Assembly: GCA_021158735.1 (NCBI GenBank)
Contig: JAGGUC010000048.1
Coordinates: 1 to 36,768, forward strand
Length of the DNA: 36,768 bases
Reading direction: 5' to 3'
Source: Desulfurococcales archaeon
GTDB taxonomy: Archaea > Thermoproteota > Thermoprotei_A > Sulfolobales > NBVN01
Positions 25,728 through 34,461 of this stretch are shown here, piece by piece. A program made the position numbers and the translations under genes. Numbering within the stretch: position 1 is the first letter of the stretch; each line of letters starts with the position of its first letter. The notes under the pieces are model-generated. The model was not told the origin of the DNA, did not search any database, and saw nothing but the letters and a program-made list of their open reading frames with translations.

Positions 25728-26829
25728 TGCTGACCACCCTTGATTCGATGTACCTTCTTTGTAGAGTGACTACGACCGCCAGTACAATAACAAGGACGGC
25801 CTCAGATATAGCTAATGTAGTAGCTAAGTTATTGATACCAAATACCTCCTCCTCGCCCCACTCCCTCTGGTGGCTCATGCCGATAGAGTTCGCTTTAATG
25901 TCGCTGAGCTGCGCAGCTAGTACAGCAGGAATTAGGTTTGGAGTACTTGATAGTGTGCTAGCAGGTACTATTATATATGGTATCCTATTTAACTTAAGTA
26001 ACTCAAGAACTTTAGGATATCTTACCGCCATAGTATCCGTGATTAGAACAGCATCATATGCACCCCTATCATACCCGCTAACTAAAGTCTTCAGCGCACC
26101 CTCACTTAGTTCTGTCCCGGGTTCATTAAGCACTATCCCTATGCACTTAAGTCCTAAGTCATGAGCTACGTACTGAAGTATAGGTGTGAAGAGAATCACC
26201 CTCATACCGTACGGTACTAACCCGCGCACGGACTGATTCTCCATAGTAATTAATTTCTTAAACTCCTGAAGCCTGCTGTAGTAGTAGCTCCCGTGATTAG
26301 GGTCCACCTCAGCAAGAACTTCAGTAACCGCGGCCGCAGCCGCTACTAGGCCTGAGTAACTCATTAGGTACCCGTGAGGATTTACCCTACCAGTCCCTGG
26401 GTTCACCATTAATTTAAGTCCATGCCTTAAGTAATCCCTATAATCTACTATACTAGCCCTCACAACACCATCTCTCACCAGCTCACTAATCCTAGCCTCT
26501 ATGATGAGATGTGATGGACCTGTCATTAACACTACAGTAGCATTACTCAGCGAATTCACTAAAAAGGAGGTTGACGGCTCAAAATGATGAGGGTCAACAC
26601 CAGCAGGTACAAGAGAGTAAACAACCACCTCATCACCACCTATGAAAGATGCGACATACTTCAGTGACGCTGAGGTAACAGCAACAACCACCCTCCCACT
26701 ATCCAAACCAGCACTACCCCCACTTACTGCAGAAACGGTGAAGGTAGTACAGTGTACGAAGCAACCTAGAGCAACTAAAATAAACAGGAGGAGTACTGCG
26801 CTAACCACACGGCGCCTGACTTCATACAT
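25720..26829 (-). CDS. Metal-binding solute-binding protein (ZnuA/TroA cluster A-I) with a C-terminal TM anchor
   Basis: 369 aa. It has an N-terminal signal/anchor, the metal-ligand contexts VDPHHFEP and NPHGYL, and a C-terminal hydrophobic helix (LAISEAVLVIVLAVVVTL) followed by QRR. There is no His-rich loop. Confidence 0.85.
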   Translation of the reverse strand: MYEVRRRVVSAVLLLFILVALGCFVHCTTFTVSAVSGGSAGLDSGRVVVAVTSASLKYVASFIGGDEVVVYSLVPAGVDPHHFEPSTSFLVNSLSNATVVLMTGPSHLIIEARISELVRDGVVRASIVDYRDYLRHGLKLMVNPGTGRVNPHGYLMSYSGLVAAAAAVTEVLAEVDPNHGSYYYSRLQEFKKLITMENQSVRGLVPYGMRVILFTPILQYVAHDLGLKCIGIVLNEPGTELSEGALKTLVSGYDRGAYDAVLITDTMAVRYPKVLELLKLNRIPYIIVPASTLSSTPNLIPAVLAAQLSDIKANSIGMSHQREWGEEEVFGINNLATTLAISEAVLVIVLAVVVTLQRRYIESRVVSSG

Positions 26830-26981
26830 TACATCTCCCTAAGTTTTATGGTGTAAAACAGCTAATACAAGTTACTAATACCTAACGCCCTAGGACAACA
26901 GCACGGTGCTGGCTACTGTAGCAGGCTCCCTCATACCTTAATAACATATAATACATATTAATTTATGTCTAGGTGATTTAA

Positions 26982-27527
26982 TTGAGGTACGTGGGTATAG
27001 CAGCGTACTCCGGTCCCCCGCCAGACCACCTTAAAGCTGCTGCTGAGGAATTTCTCCATAACTTAGCTCTATGTAGATCAGCTGAAGACACCGTTGTTGT
27101 TACTGGTGGGTATTGGGGTTTAATGAAGTACGTAGTGGATCAGGCCCTCTCAATAGGTTTTAAGGTCACCATTATTCCTCCGCTAGAAATGGAGGACATA
27201 AGATTTCCTCTCAAAGCCCTAGTCATTAGGACTGGTACGTCGTTTAGAGTGAGGAGCATATTTTTAGTACGCACAGTAGAGGTACTTGTTGCGTTGGGAG
27301 GCGCAGCAGGTACTATGCAGGAAGTAGTGACAGCGTATACTGAGGGGGTGCCAGTATTTGTTTTAGGCATGACCGGGCTACCGACTGATAAGCTATACAG
27401 TCTGTCACCATACCTTGACGACAGGAAGAGATCTGAAGTAAAGTACTTTAATGATCCGAAGTCACTAGCGCAAGCAGTCTGCAAGTACCTCGAAGAGACA
27501 CCGCCTAAAGGATGGGCGGGGCTGTAA
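26982..27527 (+). CDS. TIGR00725 / LOG (lysine-decarboxylase-like, SLOG) Rossmann-fold family protein
   Basis: 181 aa. Family pattern VVVTGGYWGLMKYV ... LVALGGAAGTMQEVVTAYTEGVPVFVL. AGGTGA Shine-Dalgarno at 26971-26976 precedes the TTG start. Confidence 0.7.
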   Translation: MRYVGIAAYSGPPPDHLKAAAEEFLHNLALCRSAEDTVVVTGGYWGLMKYVVDQALSIGFKVTIIPPLEMEDIRFPLKALVIRTGTSFRVRSIFLVRTVEVLVALGGAAGTMQEVVTAYTEGVPVFVLGMTGLPTDKLYSLSPYLDDRKRSEVKYFNDPKSLAQAVCKYLEETPPKGWAGL

Positions 27528-27531
27528 TACC

Positions 27532-28527
27532 GTGCATGAAGGTCTTGGCAGGGCCGTAATAGCTGTAGATGTGGGGGCCACTAACTTAAGAGTAGGGATT
27601 TTTGACTTAAGTGCCTCTTTACTGAAGGTGGAGGTTACTAGGACACCCAGGTCGGGAGGACATGACGCGGTAGCTGACTCAATAAAGTATATTGCTGACA
27701 ATATGCTCAGATCTCTAGGAATTAGGCATGTAGTAGGAGTTGGTGTAGGTACTATAGGTCCTCTTAACATTAGAGAAGGAGTCGTCGTCAATACCCCAAA
27801 CAATCCGATCAGGACTTTCAGACTCAAGGCACCTCTTGAGGAGTTTTTTGATGTGCCTGCATACGTAGTGAATGACTGTGTAGCTGCTGTTTGGGGCGAG
27901 TTTAATGCTGGCAGCTTCAGAGAAGCCAAGAATATGGTCTATATTACGTTAAGCACTGGTATTGGCGCAGGCGTGATTGTAGATGGGCACCTCCTGCTAG
28001 GGAAGGACGGGAACGCACATGAAGTCGGGCACATAACAGTAAATTATAAGTATGGTGTCCGCTGTGGGTGTGGAGGTATAGGGCACTGGGAGGCTATTGC
28101 CTCAGGAGCTAATATCCCTAAATTTGCTGAGGAGGTATCCAAGAACTGGCATGGCAGTAAAACAGCAGCGTATTTTTTGGCATGTAAAGGCGGCTTAACT
28201 CCAGAAGACTTATTTAAGCATTGGAGGTTAGGTGACGAGTTTGCTACCTACGTCATCAATGAGCTTGTTGAGGTTAATGCTGCGGGCTTAGGGAGCGTTA
28301 TTAATGTGTATGACCCGGAAGTCATTACGCTCGGCGGATCTATAGCCATTAATAACACTGACTTCATAGAAAAAGTCGTGCAGAACGTCAGTAAGTACGC
28401 AATTAATAAAATACCTAAAATATCGTTAACCTCACTAGGTGAGAAAGCCGTGCTTGTAGGTGCTGCATACCTCATCCTAAACACACCTGAAGAGCTACCT
28501 AAAATTCAAGGTAGTACACACCAATAA
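27532..28527 (+). CDS. ROK-family sugar kinase (glucokinase/hexokinase-type)
   Basis: 331 aa. The ATP-binding N-terminus is IAVDVGATNLRVG, and the ROK zinc motif is GHITVNYKYGVRCGCGGIGHWEAIASG. The start is GTG. Confidence 0.85.
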   Translation: MHEGLGRAVIAVDVGATNLRVGIFDLSASLLKVEVTRTPRSGGHDAVADSIKYIADNMLRSLGIRHVVGVGVGTIGPLNIREGVVVNTPNNPIRTFRLKAPLEEFFDVPAYVVNDCVAAVWGEFNAGSFREAKNMVYITLSTGIGAGVIVDGHLLLGKDGNAHEVGHITVNYKYGVRCGCGGIGHWEAIASGANIPKFAEEVSKNWHGSKTAAYFLACKGGLTPEDLFKHWRLGDEFATYVINELVEVNAAGLGSVINVYDPEVITLGGSIAINNTDFIEKVVQNVSKYAINKIPKISLTSLGEKAVLVGAAYLILNTPEELPKIQGSTHQ

Positions 28528-28560
28528 GGTTCATAAGGTTAAATCAAAATTTCATTAGGT

Positions 28561-31017
28561 GTGAGTGTGGGGGCTAGAGACATCATACCTGTGAAGCGCT
28601 GGAGCCCCGAGCTAGAGGAAGAACTAATTAGGAAGTGGGAGGAGGAGGGGCTATATAAAAGCGAAGTGAACTTCAGGGAAGACACAAAGTACGTTGTCAT
28701 TGACACCCCACCACCCTACCCCTCGGGAAAATGGGGAGTTGCTCAAGCAGGGCACTACACACAGATCGACATGGTTGCCCGAGCTCTCAGACTTCTGGGG
28801 TACAAAGTACTTGTCCCGTTCTATGCCGACAGGAACGGTTTACCTGCAGAAGTAGCTGTTGAGAAAAAGTACGGCATAGCGGCACATGAAATAGCCAAGA
28901 CTCCTGAGGGCAGGGAGAAATTCTTAGAAATGGTTAGGAAGGTGCTTGATGAATATGAAGAGGATCTTGTCAGAACCTGGAAGCGTCTTGGGTGCCTGTT
29001 CGACTACTGGAGAGACGGCACAGACTCACCTAAGTACAGGAGAGTTACACAGGCAACATTCATTGAGTTATGGAATCACGGGCTTATTTATGAGTCCTAC
29101 AAGCCAGTTACGTGGTGCCCGCGCTGCAGAACCACATTAGCTGAAGCAGAAATTGAATTCAAGAAGAGGAAAGGTAAGCTATACTACATTAAGTTTAAGG
29201 TTAAGGAGACAGATGAGGACATAGTTATAGCTACTACGAGGCCGGAACTCCTTAATGCGTGTGGCGCGGTCATATATAACCCGGCAGATGAGAGGTACAG
29301 GCACCTCAAAGACAAGCACGCCGTCGTTCCACTGTACGGTAAGGTAGTGCCAATAATGGAACATGAATTAGCCAAGCCAGAATTTGGCACTGGCTTAGTC
29401 ATGATGTGCTCGTACGGTGACACTCACGACGTCTGGTTCTTTAGGGAAATGAAAATCGAGCCCACCATAGTCATCAGCCCAGATGGGACAATGAACGAAA
29501 ACGCAGGATTCCTCAAAGGTCTGAAAATAAGTGAAGCGAGGGAGAAGATAGCTGAGAAATTGCTTAATGGGGGATTAATAACTAAGGTGGAGGAGCTAGA
29601 GCATGAAGTGCCTGTCTGCTGGAGGTGCAGGACACCTGTAGAGTTCATTCATATGAAGGAGTACTTCATGAAGCAACTCGAATTTAAGGATAAGTTACTC
29701 AAGGTAGCAGACCGCATGATTTTCAGACCCAGGGAGCATAAGATCAGATTGGAGACGTGGATCAATTCACTGGCTATGGATTGGCCAATATCAAGAACTA
29801 GGTTCTATGGTACTGAGCTACCTATATGGAAGTGCAGTAGATGCGGTTACGTAATCCTCCCCGAGCCAGGCAGGTATGTCAGGCCGTGGAAGGAACCCTC
29901 ACCCGTGCCTAAATGCCCTAAGTGTGGGGCACCCAAGGAAGAAATTATTGGCGAGACAAGAACGTTTGATACGTGGTTTGACTCATCAATTAGCGTACTC
30001 TATATTACGAGGTGGCTAAACGACAGGGAAGTTGCACTCAAGGCACTTGAGCGCTCACTTAGACCCCAGGGTTATGACATCATAAGAACATGGCTCTACT
30101 ACACAATACTTAGGGTATGGCTACTAACTGGTAAACCGCCATTTAAGTGGGTCAGAATAACTGGTATGGGCTTAGATGAGAAGGGCAGGGCCATGCACAA
30201 GTCCTTAGGTAATGTAATATATCCTATGCCGTACATAGAGAAATACGGTGCCGATGCCTTCAGGTACTGGGCTGCTGCTTCAGGAAGGCTTGGAAGTGAC
30301 TATAGATGGTCTGAGAACCTCGTGAAGACTGGGCAATTATTCGCTACTAAACTAATCAACATGGCTAGGTTCATGTCTGTGTTCAGGGATTACAGCAGTG
30401 AGTTCAGGCTGAGGGAAATCGATAAAGCAATGATCAAGTACGCCGTTAGGGTTGCAAAAGAGGTAATTAAGTCTTATGAGGAGCTGGACGTGTTTGAACC
30501 AATACAGAAAATCTATGACTTAGCGTGGAATGTCTTTGCTTCAAATTACTTAGAGACCGTGAAGCCCAGAGCCTACGGGAGGGACAGCTTTAGTGAAGAT
30601 GAGGTTAGGGGTGCTCACTATACGCTTCACAGGGTCTTCAAGTTGATACTTAAGTTACTTTCACCGATCATGCCTTTCGTAACAGATTATATCTGGAGGC
30701 GGCTGTACTCACCTGATAGAAGTGTGCATACTGAAGTAATTAATGAAGAGGAATTGAGATATGAGGGAGGCAGGGAGGAGCTGATCAGTCTCTTAATAAG
30801 GATTAATTCTGCTGTCTGGAAATTCAAGAAGGAACGTAATATGAGATTATCCGATGAGCTTCCCGCAATACTTTATATACCAGCCGAGGGTAAAGGCATT
30901 GTCGATGATATTAAGGTGCTGCATAGGGTGCGTGAAGTAATTGCTGGGAAGCCTGAGAAGTGGGATGTAGTGCTGGACGAGGGCATATATCTAAGGTTGC
31001 TGAGTAAGACTCCTTAA
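28561..31017 (+). CDS. valS: Valyl-tRNA synthetase (class Ia), with non-canonical HIGH and KMSKS regions
   Basis: 818 aa. ValRS-type features: DTPPPYPSG, CP1 editing motif ATTRPELL and GTGLVMMCSYGDTHD, Zn knuckles WCPRCRT and CWRCRT, and GRAMHKSLGNVI at the KMSKS position. The start is GTG. Confidence 0.85.
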   Translation: MSVGARDIIPVKRWSPELEEELIRKWEEEGLYKSEVNFREDTKYVVIDTPPPYPSGKWGVAQAGHYTQIDMVARALRLLGYKVLVPFYADRNGLPAEVAVEKKYGIAAHEIAKTPEGREKFLEMVRKVLDEYEEDLVRTWKRLGCLFDYWRDGTDSPKYRRVTQATFIELWNHGLIYESYKPVTWCPRCRTTLAEAEIEFKKRKGKLYYIKFKVKETDEDIVIATTRPELLNACGAVIYNPADERYRHLKDKHAVVPLYGKVVPIMEHELAKPEFGTGLVMMCSYGDTHDVWFFREMKIEPTIVISPDGTMNENAGFLKGLKISEAREKIAEKLLNGGLITKVEELEHEVPVCWRCRTPVEFIHMKEYFMKQLEFKDKLLKVADRMIFRPREHKIRLETWINSLAMDWPISRTRFYGTELPIWKCSRCGYVILPEPGRYVRPWKEPSPVPKCPKCGAPKEEIIGETRTFDTWFDSSISVLYITRWLNDREVALKALERSLRPQGYDIIRTWLYYTILRVWLLTGKPPFKWVRITGMGLDEKGRAMHKSLGNVIYPMPYIEKYGADAFRYWAAASGRLGSDYRWSENLVKTGQLFATKLINMARFMSVFRDYSSEFRLREIDKAMIKYAVRVAKEVIKSYEELDVFEPIQKIYDLAWNVFASNYLETVKPRAYGRDSFSEDEVRGAHYTLHRVFKLILKLLSPIMPFVTDYIWRRLYSPDRSVHTEVINEEELRYEGGREELISLLIRINSAVWKFKKERNMRLSDELPAILYIPAEGKGIVDDIKVLHRVREVIAGKPEKWDVVLDEGIYLRLLSKTP

Positions 31018-31977
31018 CTCACTATTTAGTTTCTCAATAAGCTCCTTAAACAACCTGTAGGGTATTCTACACCCTGCTGCATGTGGATGACCACCTCCGG
31101 ACCCTCCTAGGCGCACAGCAACCTCTCTCAAGAACCTATTTAGGTCTATGGAGTTCTTACCTGCTCTCAAGCTCATGATCATTAAGTCATTTCTTCTCTC
31201 AGCTGCAATACCTACCTCACAACCTGTTGTCCCCCGAGCATAAACTGCTGCAATACCTAAGCTACCGGGTGGGTCAATAACGTAGGCTATACTTCCATCA
31301 ATATTTACATTACTCCTGACCCACTCATAAAGCATTTCATTGTTGCTTGCCTCAACTAGCGCCTTGACAACCAATTCGCCTAGTTGGGATGGCCTCCTAT
31401 TAACAGATAAGTGCTCAACAACATGCCTCTTAAAGTCGTACATTCTCCTAGACCCTTCTAGACCCTGTATGAGTATCCCTGCCTCGAAGTAAATCTGTCT
31501 TTTATCCCATTTTTCTAGGACATCCTTAACCCAGGGTGTCTCATCTCTGTAGTCACCTATAGCACCATATAGGGCCACCCTTTCATACTCACTACTCAAC
31601 TTACCTAATTTACTATAATACTTGAATGTCAGCTCTGATGCTGACATAGAGAGCGAGTGAACTACATTAATGTTCAATTCACTGAGACTATCACTTATTG
31701 GTTCCGGATGATGGTCTATGTATGTGATATCGCCATCATTGTAGTTATTGAGGGTTGCCAGCAAGTCCTTAATATTGTGCTCACTTAACGCAACGTCAAC
31801 AATGACGACGTCACCTCTAGCAGAAGAAGTAAAGTCCTCTATGAGACCAGCTGGGTGCGTGAAAACCACATTAACTTCGCTGTAATCCCTCCTGAGGGCT
31901 GCCAGCACTAAAGCTGCTGAGCAAATACCATCTGAATCACCGTGTGCAAGGATGGTCAACATGCGTGAAACCACCAC
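30991..31977 (-). CDS. DHH/DHHA1-family phosphoesterase
   Basis: 328 aa. Motif I is HGDSDGICSAAL, motif II VVIVDVA, motif III IDHHPEP and DHHA1 motif GGGHPHAAG. All catalytic motifs are intact. Confidence 0.85.
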   Translation of the reverse strand: MVVSRMLTILAHGDSDGICSAALVLAALRRDYSEVNVVFTHPAGLIEDFTSSARGDVVIVDVALSEHNIKDLLATLNNYNDGDITYIDHHPEPISDSLSELNINVVHSLSMSASELTFKYYSKLGKLSSEYERVALYGAIGDYRDETPWVKDVLEKWDKRQIYFEAGILIQGLEGSRRMYDFKRHVVEHLSVNRRPSQLGELVVKALVEASNNEMLYEWVRSNVNIDGSIAYVIDPPGSLGIAAVYARGTTGCEVGIAAERRNDLMIMSLRAGKNSIDLNRFLREVAVRLGGSGGGHPHAAGCRIPYRLFKELIEKLNSELRSLTQQP

Positions 31978-32034
31978 TGGTTAAACCTATTTAATTTTAT
32001 GTTGTTGGGAAATAAATCATAGAGTTTCCAGTCA

Positions 32035-33063
32035 TTAAAGCCTATTTAGAATTTTTCTTGGAGTGAGGGGGAGTGCCTCAACAACCTGAAAATCACACCC
32101 TAATTTCTTGGCTACCCTAATACTTGTAACTACCTCTCCATCGATGACGAAGGCCTGATCAGACCTTATGAGCTTATCAACCACTGATTCAGGACATGAG
32201 GAAATACTAGCCCAACGGACTAATCCGTCACTAACTTCTTCATAAATTAACTTAGTATTTAGAGCGCGTCTCTGCATTCTCCTAATGTACTGGTAACGAT
32301 CCTTAAAGACCGAAGGACAGTAATGTACATTTATGTCAAGATTTAGATCCTTAACCCACTCAAGAATCTCAATAGCCAACTCCTCTGAACCCTCAGCAGC
32401 TACCCCGCCTGACTTAGTGCGGAAGCCCCTCAACCTCAAGCTAAGGTAATTACCCTCACTGAACTCCAGCTCATTTAGGTTAATAAACTCAACACCAATG
32501 TCGTGAGCTCTCAAAATAAGTTTCTTCATGTCCTCCAGCGTGCCAGGTAATATAGGATTCTCGATACCAACGCTAATAGGGTGCTTAAGGGCCGCCTCCA
32601 GTGCATGCCACGAGTACTCAGCCACAACATGTATTCTCAGCTCATTAAGCCCCACCCTAACTAACTTACTCAGAACGCCGTTATTGATGAGTAAACCAGT
32701 CGTATATAGGTGTATGTGGAACTCACTCCCAAAGAAGTCCTTCAGCATTCTAATAATACTTAGTGTTCTATCTAATCTTACTAATGGGTCACCACCAGTC
32801 AGGCCAACCCCAGTAGAACCTGAGGCAATTAGCTCGCATATTATATCTTTTCTGGAACTTACTGGGCAGTCATTCACATACATTAAATCCCTCCCACGCC
32901 TAGCTGGCGATACCGGGCAGTAGAAGCAATTTTCACTACATATGCCAGTAACGAATATTACAGACTTTAATCCCTTAATGCATAGCTCACATCCTCTAGG
33001 TAGCTGGCCTACCCAGCAACCTAAGTCACTACATGACACCGACTCAGCTGACACAACAGCCAC
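32035..33063 (-). CDS. Radical SAM protein (related to pyruvate formate-lyase activating enzyme, COG2108-like)
   Basis: 342 aa. The CxxxCxxC cluster motif CSENCFYCPV follows an N-terminal Cys-rich segment (CSDLGC...CELC), and the GGDP motif LTGGDPL is present. Confidence 0.85.
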   Translation of the reverse strand: MAVVSAESVSCSDLGCWVGQLPRGCELCIKGLKSVIFVTGICSENCFYCPVSPARRGRDLMYVNDCPVSSRKDIICELIASGSTGVGLTGGDPLVRLDRTLSIIRMLKDFFGSEFHIHLYTTGLLINNGVLSKLVRVGLNELRIHVVAEYSWHALEAALKHPISVGIENPILPGTLEDMKKLILRAHDIGVEFINLNELEFSEGNYLSLRLRGFRTKSGGVAAEGSEELAIEILEWVKDLNLDINVHYCPSVFKDRYQYIRRMQRRALNTKLIYEEVSDGLVRWASISSCPESVVDKLIRSDQAFVIDGEVVTSIRVAKKLGCDFQVVEALPLTPRKILNRL

Positions 33064-33177
33064 CGTTCCCTTCTATATAACACGGTAGACGTCAATCAAT
33101 TTTTGACCTCTAAGTGAAATAAAGTTAACCTATGTGCTGATGGTTCGAGACCGAAGTACTTAATATTTCCCCTACTA

Positions 33178-34461
33178 ATGATCCAGTTAAGGTATCGTAA
33201 CGTGGAAATAAGAGGTATTAGTCTATGTAATCTGGCAGACTACATACCTCTAGTCTTTACTACATCATACATCAGCTACACGATCCTTACAACGTTCTTG
33301 AAGGAGATCTTCACCTACTCATGCCCGAGTATGTACCTGTATATTTACGGTTCAGCGATCTCGACGTTACTCTTAGCCGTATCAATAATTCTTGGTGCAT
33401 CGGTCTCGGGTCTCTACCTAGACCACCTATGGCGGACTGGAAGAGGGTTCAGAATTCTGATCATACTCCTGCTGTCATCAAGTATATTGTTTACAACTTA
33501 CGTAGTGACTACGAGGGGATTAAGTCATGAAATGTTTATCTCCACTAACGCTATTTTTTGGTTTATTACAGGGTTCTTACTAGGTAACTTGCTAACGAAC
33601 ACTAGCTTATATATCAGGTATATCTATGACGTAATGAAGAGAGGCACGACTGTAGGGGTAGGAGTAGGTCTAGGAGCTTTACTTCATTTGGGGCTTGCTG
33701 CTTCAGGACTAAGTGTGGCTTTACTAATAACCACCTGCTTAATTCTCTCAACACTTAGTGCAACTTCACTACTAGCTCATGAAAAGCTGCGTTCGGGGAA
33801 GTACTCAGAAAGGGTAGTTAATGAGGGTGTCTCACTTTACGATATGAGGGTGCTCATGCTCTTAATTCCTATTTACATTTTCTCACTCATGCATGGATTA
33901 ATCATAAGAAGTCACATACTACCGCATGCTAGAGTATTATTAGCTGATGTAGTGCTGAACGAACTAGTAATGAACTTACCCATGCTCATGTCTGTTCTTG
34001 CAGGAATGGTTATGGATTCCTTCGGCAGGAAGGTTGTAGGTATTGCTGGACTTATCGTGCTGGGTATTACATCGGTTTTTATGCTAACGATCTATACGCT
34101 GATAATACCACCTATTGAGATAAGTATACTTACGCTAATTTTCAGCAGGCTCTCGGCAGCCCTCATAACTCCCTATATAATGATCTTGTCAGCCGAAATA
34201 GCACCTAAGAAATTTGCTGGTAAATTCCTGAGCATATGTTATGGAACAACGGCCGCTGGGGTATTAACAGGTGTAGTAACACCTGATATACTCAAGTCCT
34301 TCTACCTACCCACTGCGGTTGGGGCCATGATCCTCTTTACCTCAGTCTACATACTCTACACACTCCCAGAGACCCTGCCTCCCGAGTACCTTAGGCGTAA
34401 GGAGGTTATTAGTTATGTTAAGAAGGCTATGAAGCTCAAAGGTAAGTCCAGATCTTCTTAG
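33178..34461 (+). CDS. Polytopic membrane transporter, MFS-like
   Basis: 427 aa with about 11-12 TM helices in two bundles separated by a charged loop (HEKLRSGKYSERVVNEG). An MFS-like D-x-x-G-R-K motif (MDSFGRKVVG) occurs in the second half. Confidence 0.6.
   Translation: MIQLRYRNVEIRGISLCNLADYIPLVFTTSYISYTILTTFLKEIFTYSCPSMYLYIYGSAISTLLLAVSIILGASVSGLYLDHLWRTGRGFRILIILLLSSSILFTTYVVTTRGLSHEMFISTNAIFWFITGFLLGNLLTNTSLYIRYIYDVMKRGTTVGVGVGLGALLHLGLAASGLSVALLITTCLILSTLSATSLLAHEKLRSGKYSERVVNEGVSLYDMRVLMLLIPIYIFSLMHGLIIRSHILPHARVLLADVVLNELVMNLPMLMSVLAGMVMDSFGRKVVGIAGLIVLGITSVFMLTIYTLIIPPIEISILTLIFSRLSAALITPYIMILSAEIAPKKFAGKFLSICYGTTAAGVLTGVVTPDILKSFYLPTAVGAMILFTSVYILYTLPETLPPEYLRRKEVISYVKKAMKLKGKSRSS

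Noticed and set aside
26510-26532. ATGATGA followed 12 nt later by CTGT (C/D-box-like) inside the binding-protein gene
   Set aside because: It lies within a coding sequence, the D box is imperfect and there is no second box pair.
26881-26926. Imperfect palindromes (CCTA-N6-TAGG and GCTAC-T-GTAGC) upstream of the metal-uptake operon, as possible DtxR operators
   Set aside because: The half-sites are only 4-5 bp and do not resemble the 19-bp DtxR/IdeR-type consensus I know. The evidence is too weak to call, though the region is still the logical place to test repressor binding.
27465-27929. 154-aa minus-strand ORF overlapping the LOG-like and ROK kinase genes
   Set aside because: It is antisense to two genes with clear family motifs. 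Its low-complexity Ser/Thr/Pro/Leu composition is typical of shadow ORFs.
33142-33152. GGTTCGAGACC, reminiscent of a tRNA T-arm
   Set aside because: The surrounding sequence is AT-rich, with no acceptor, D or anticodon stems. No cloverleaf can be drawn.
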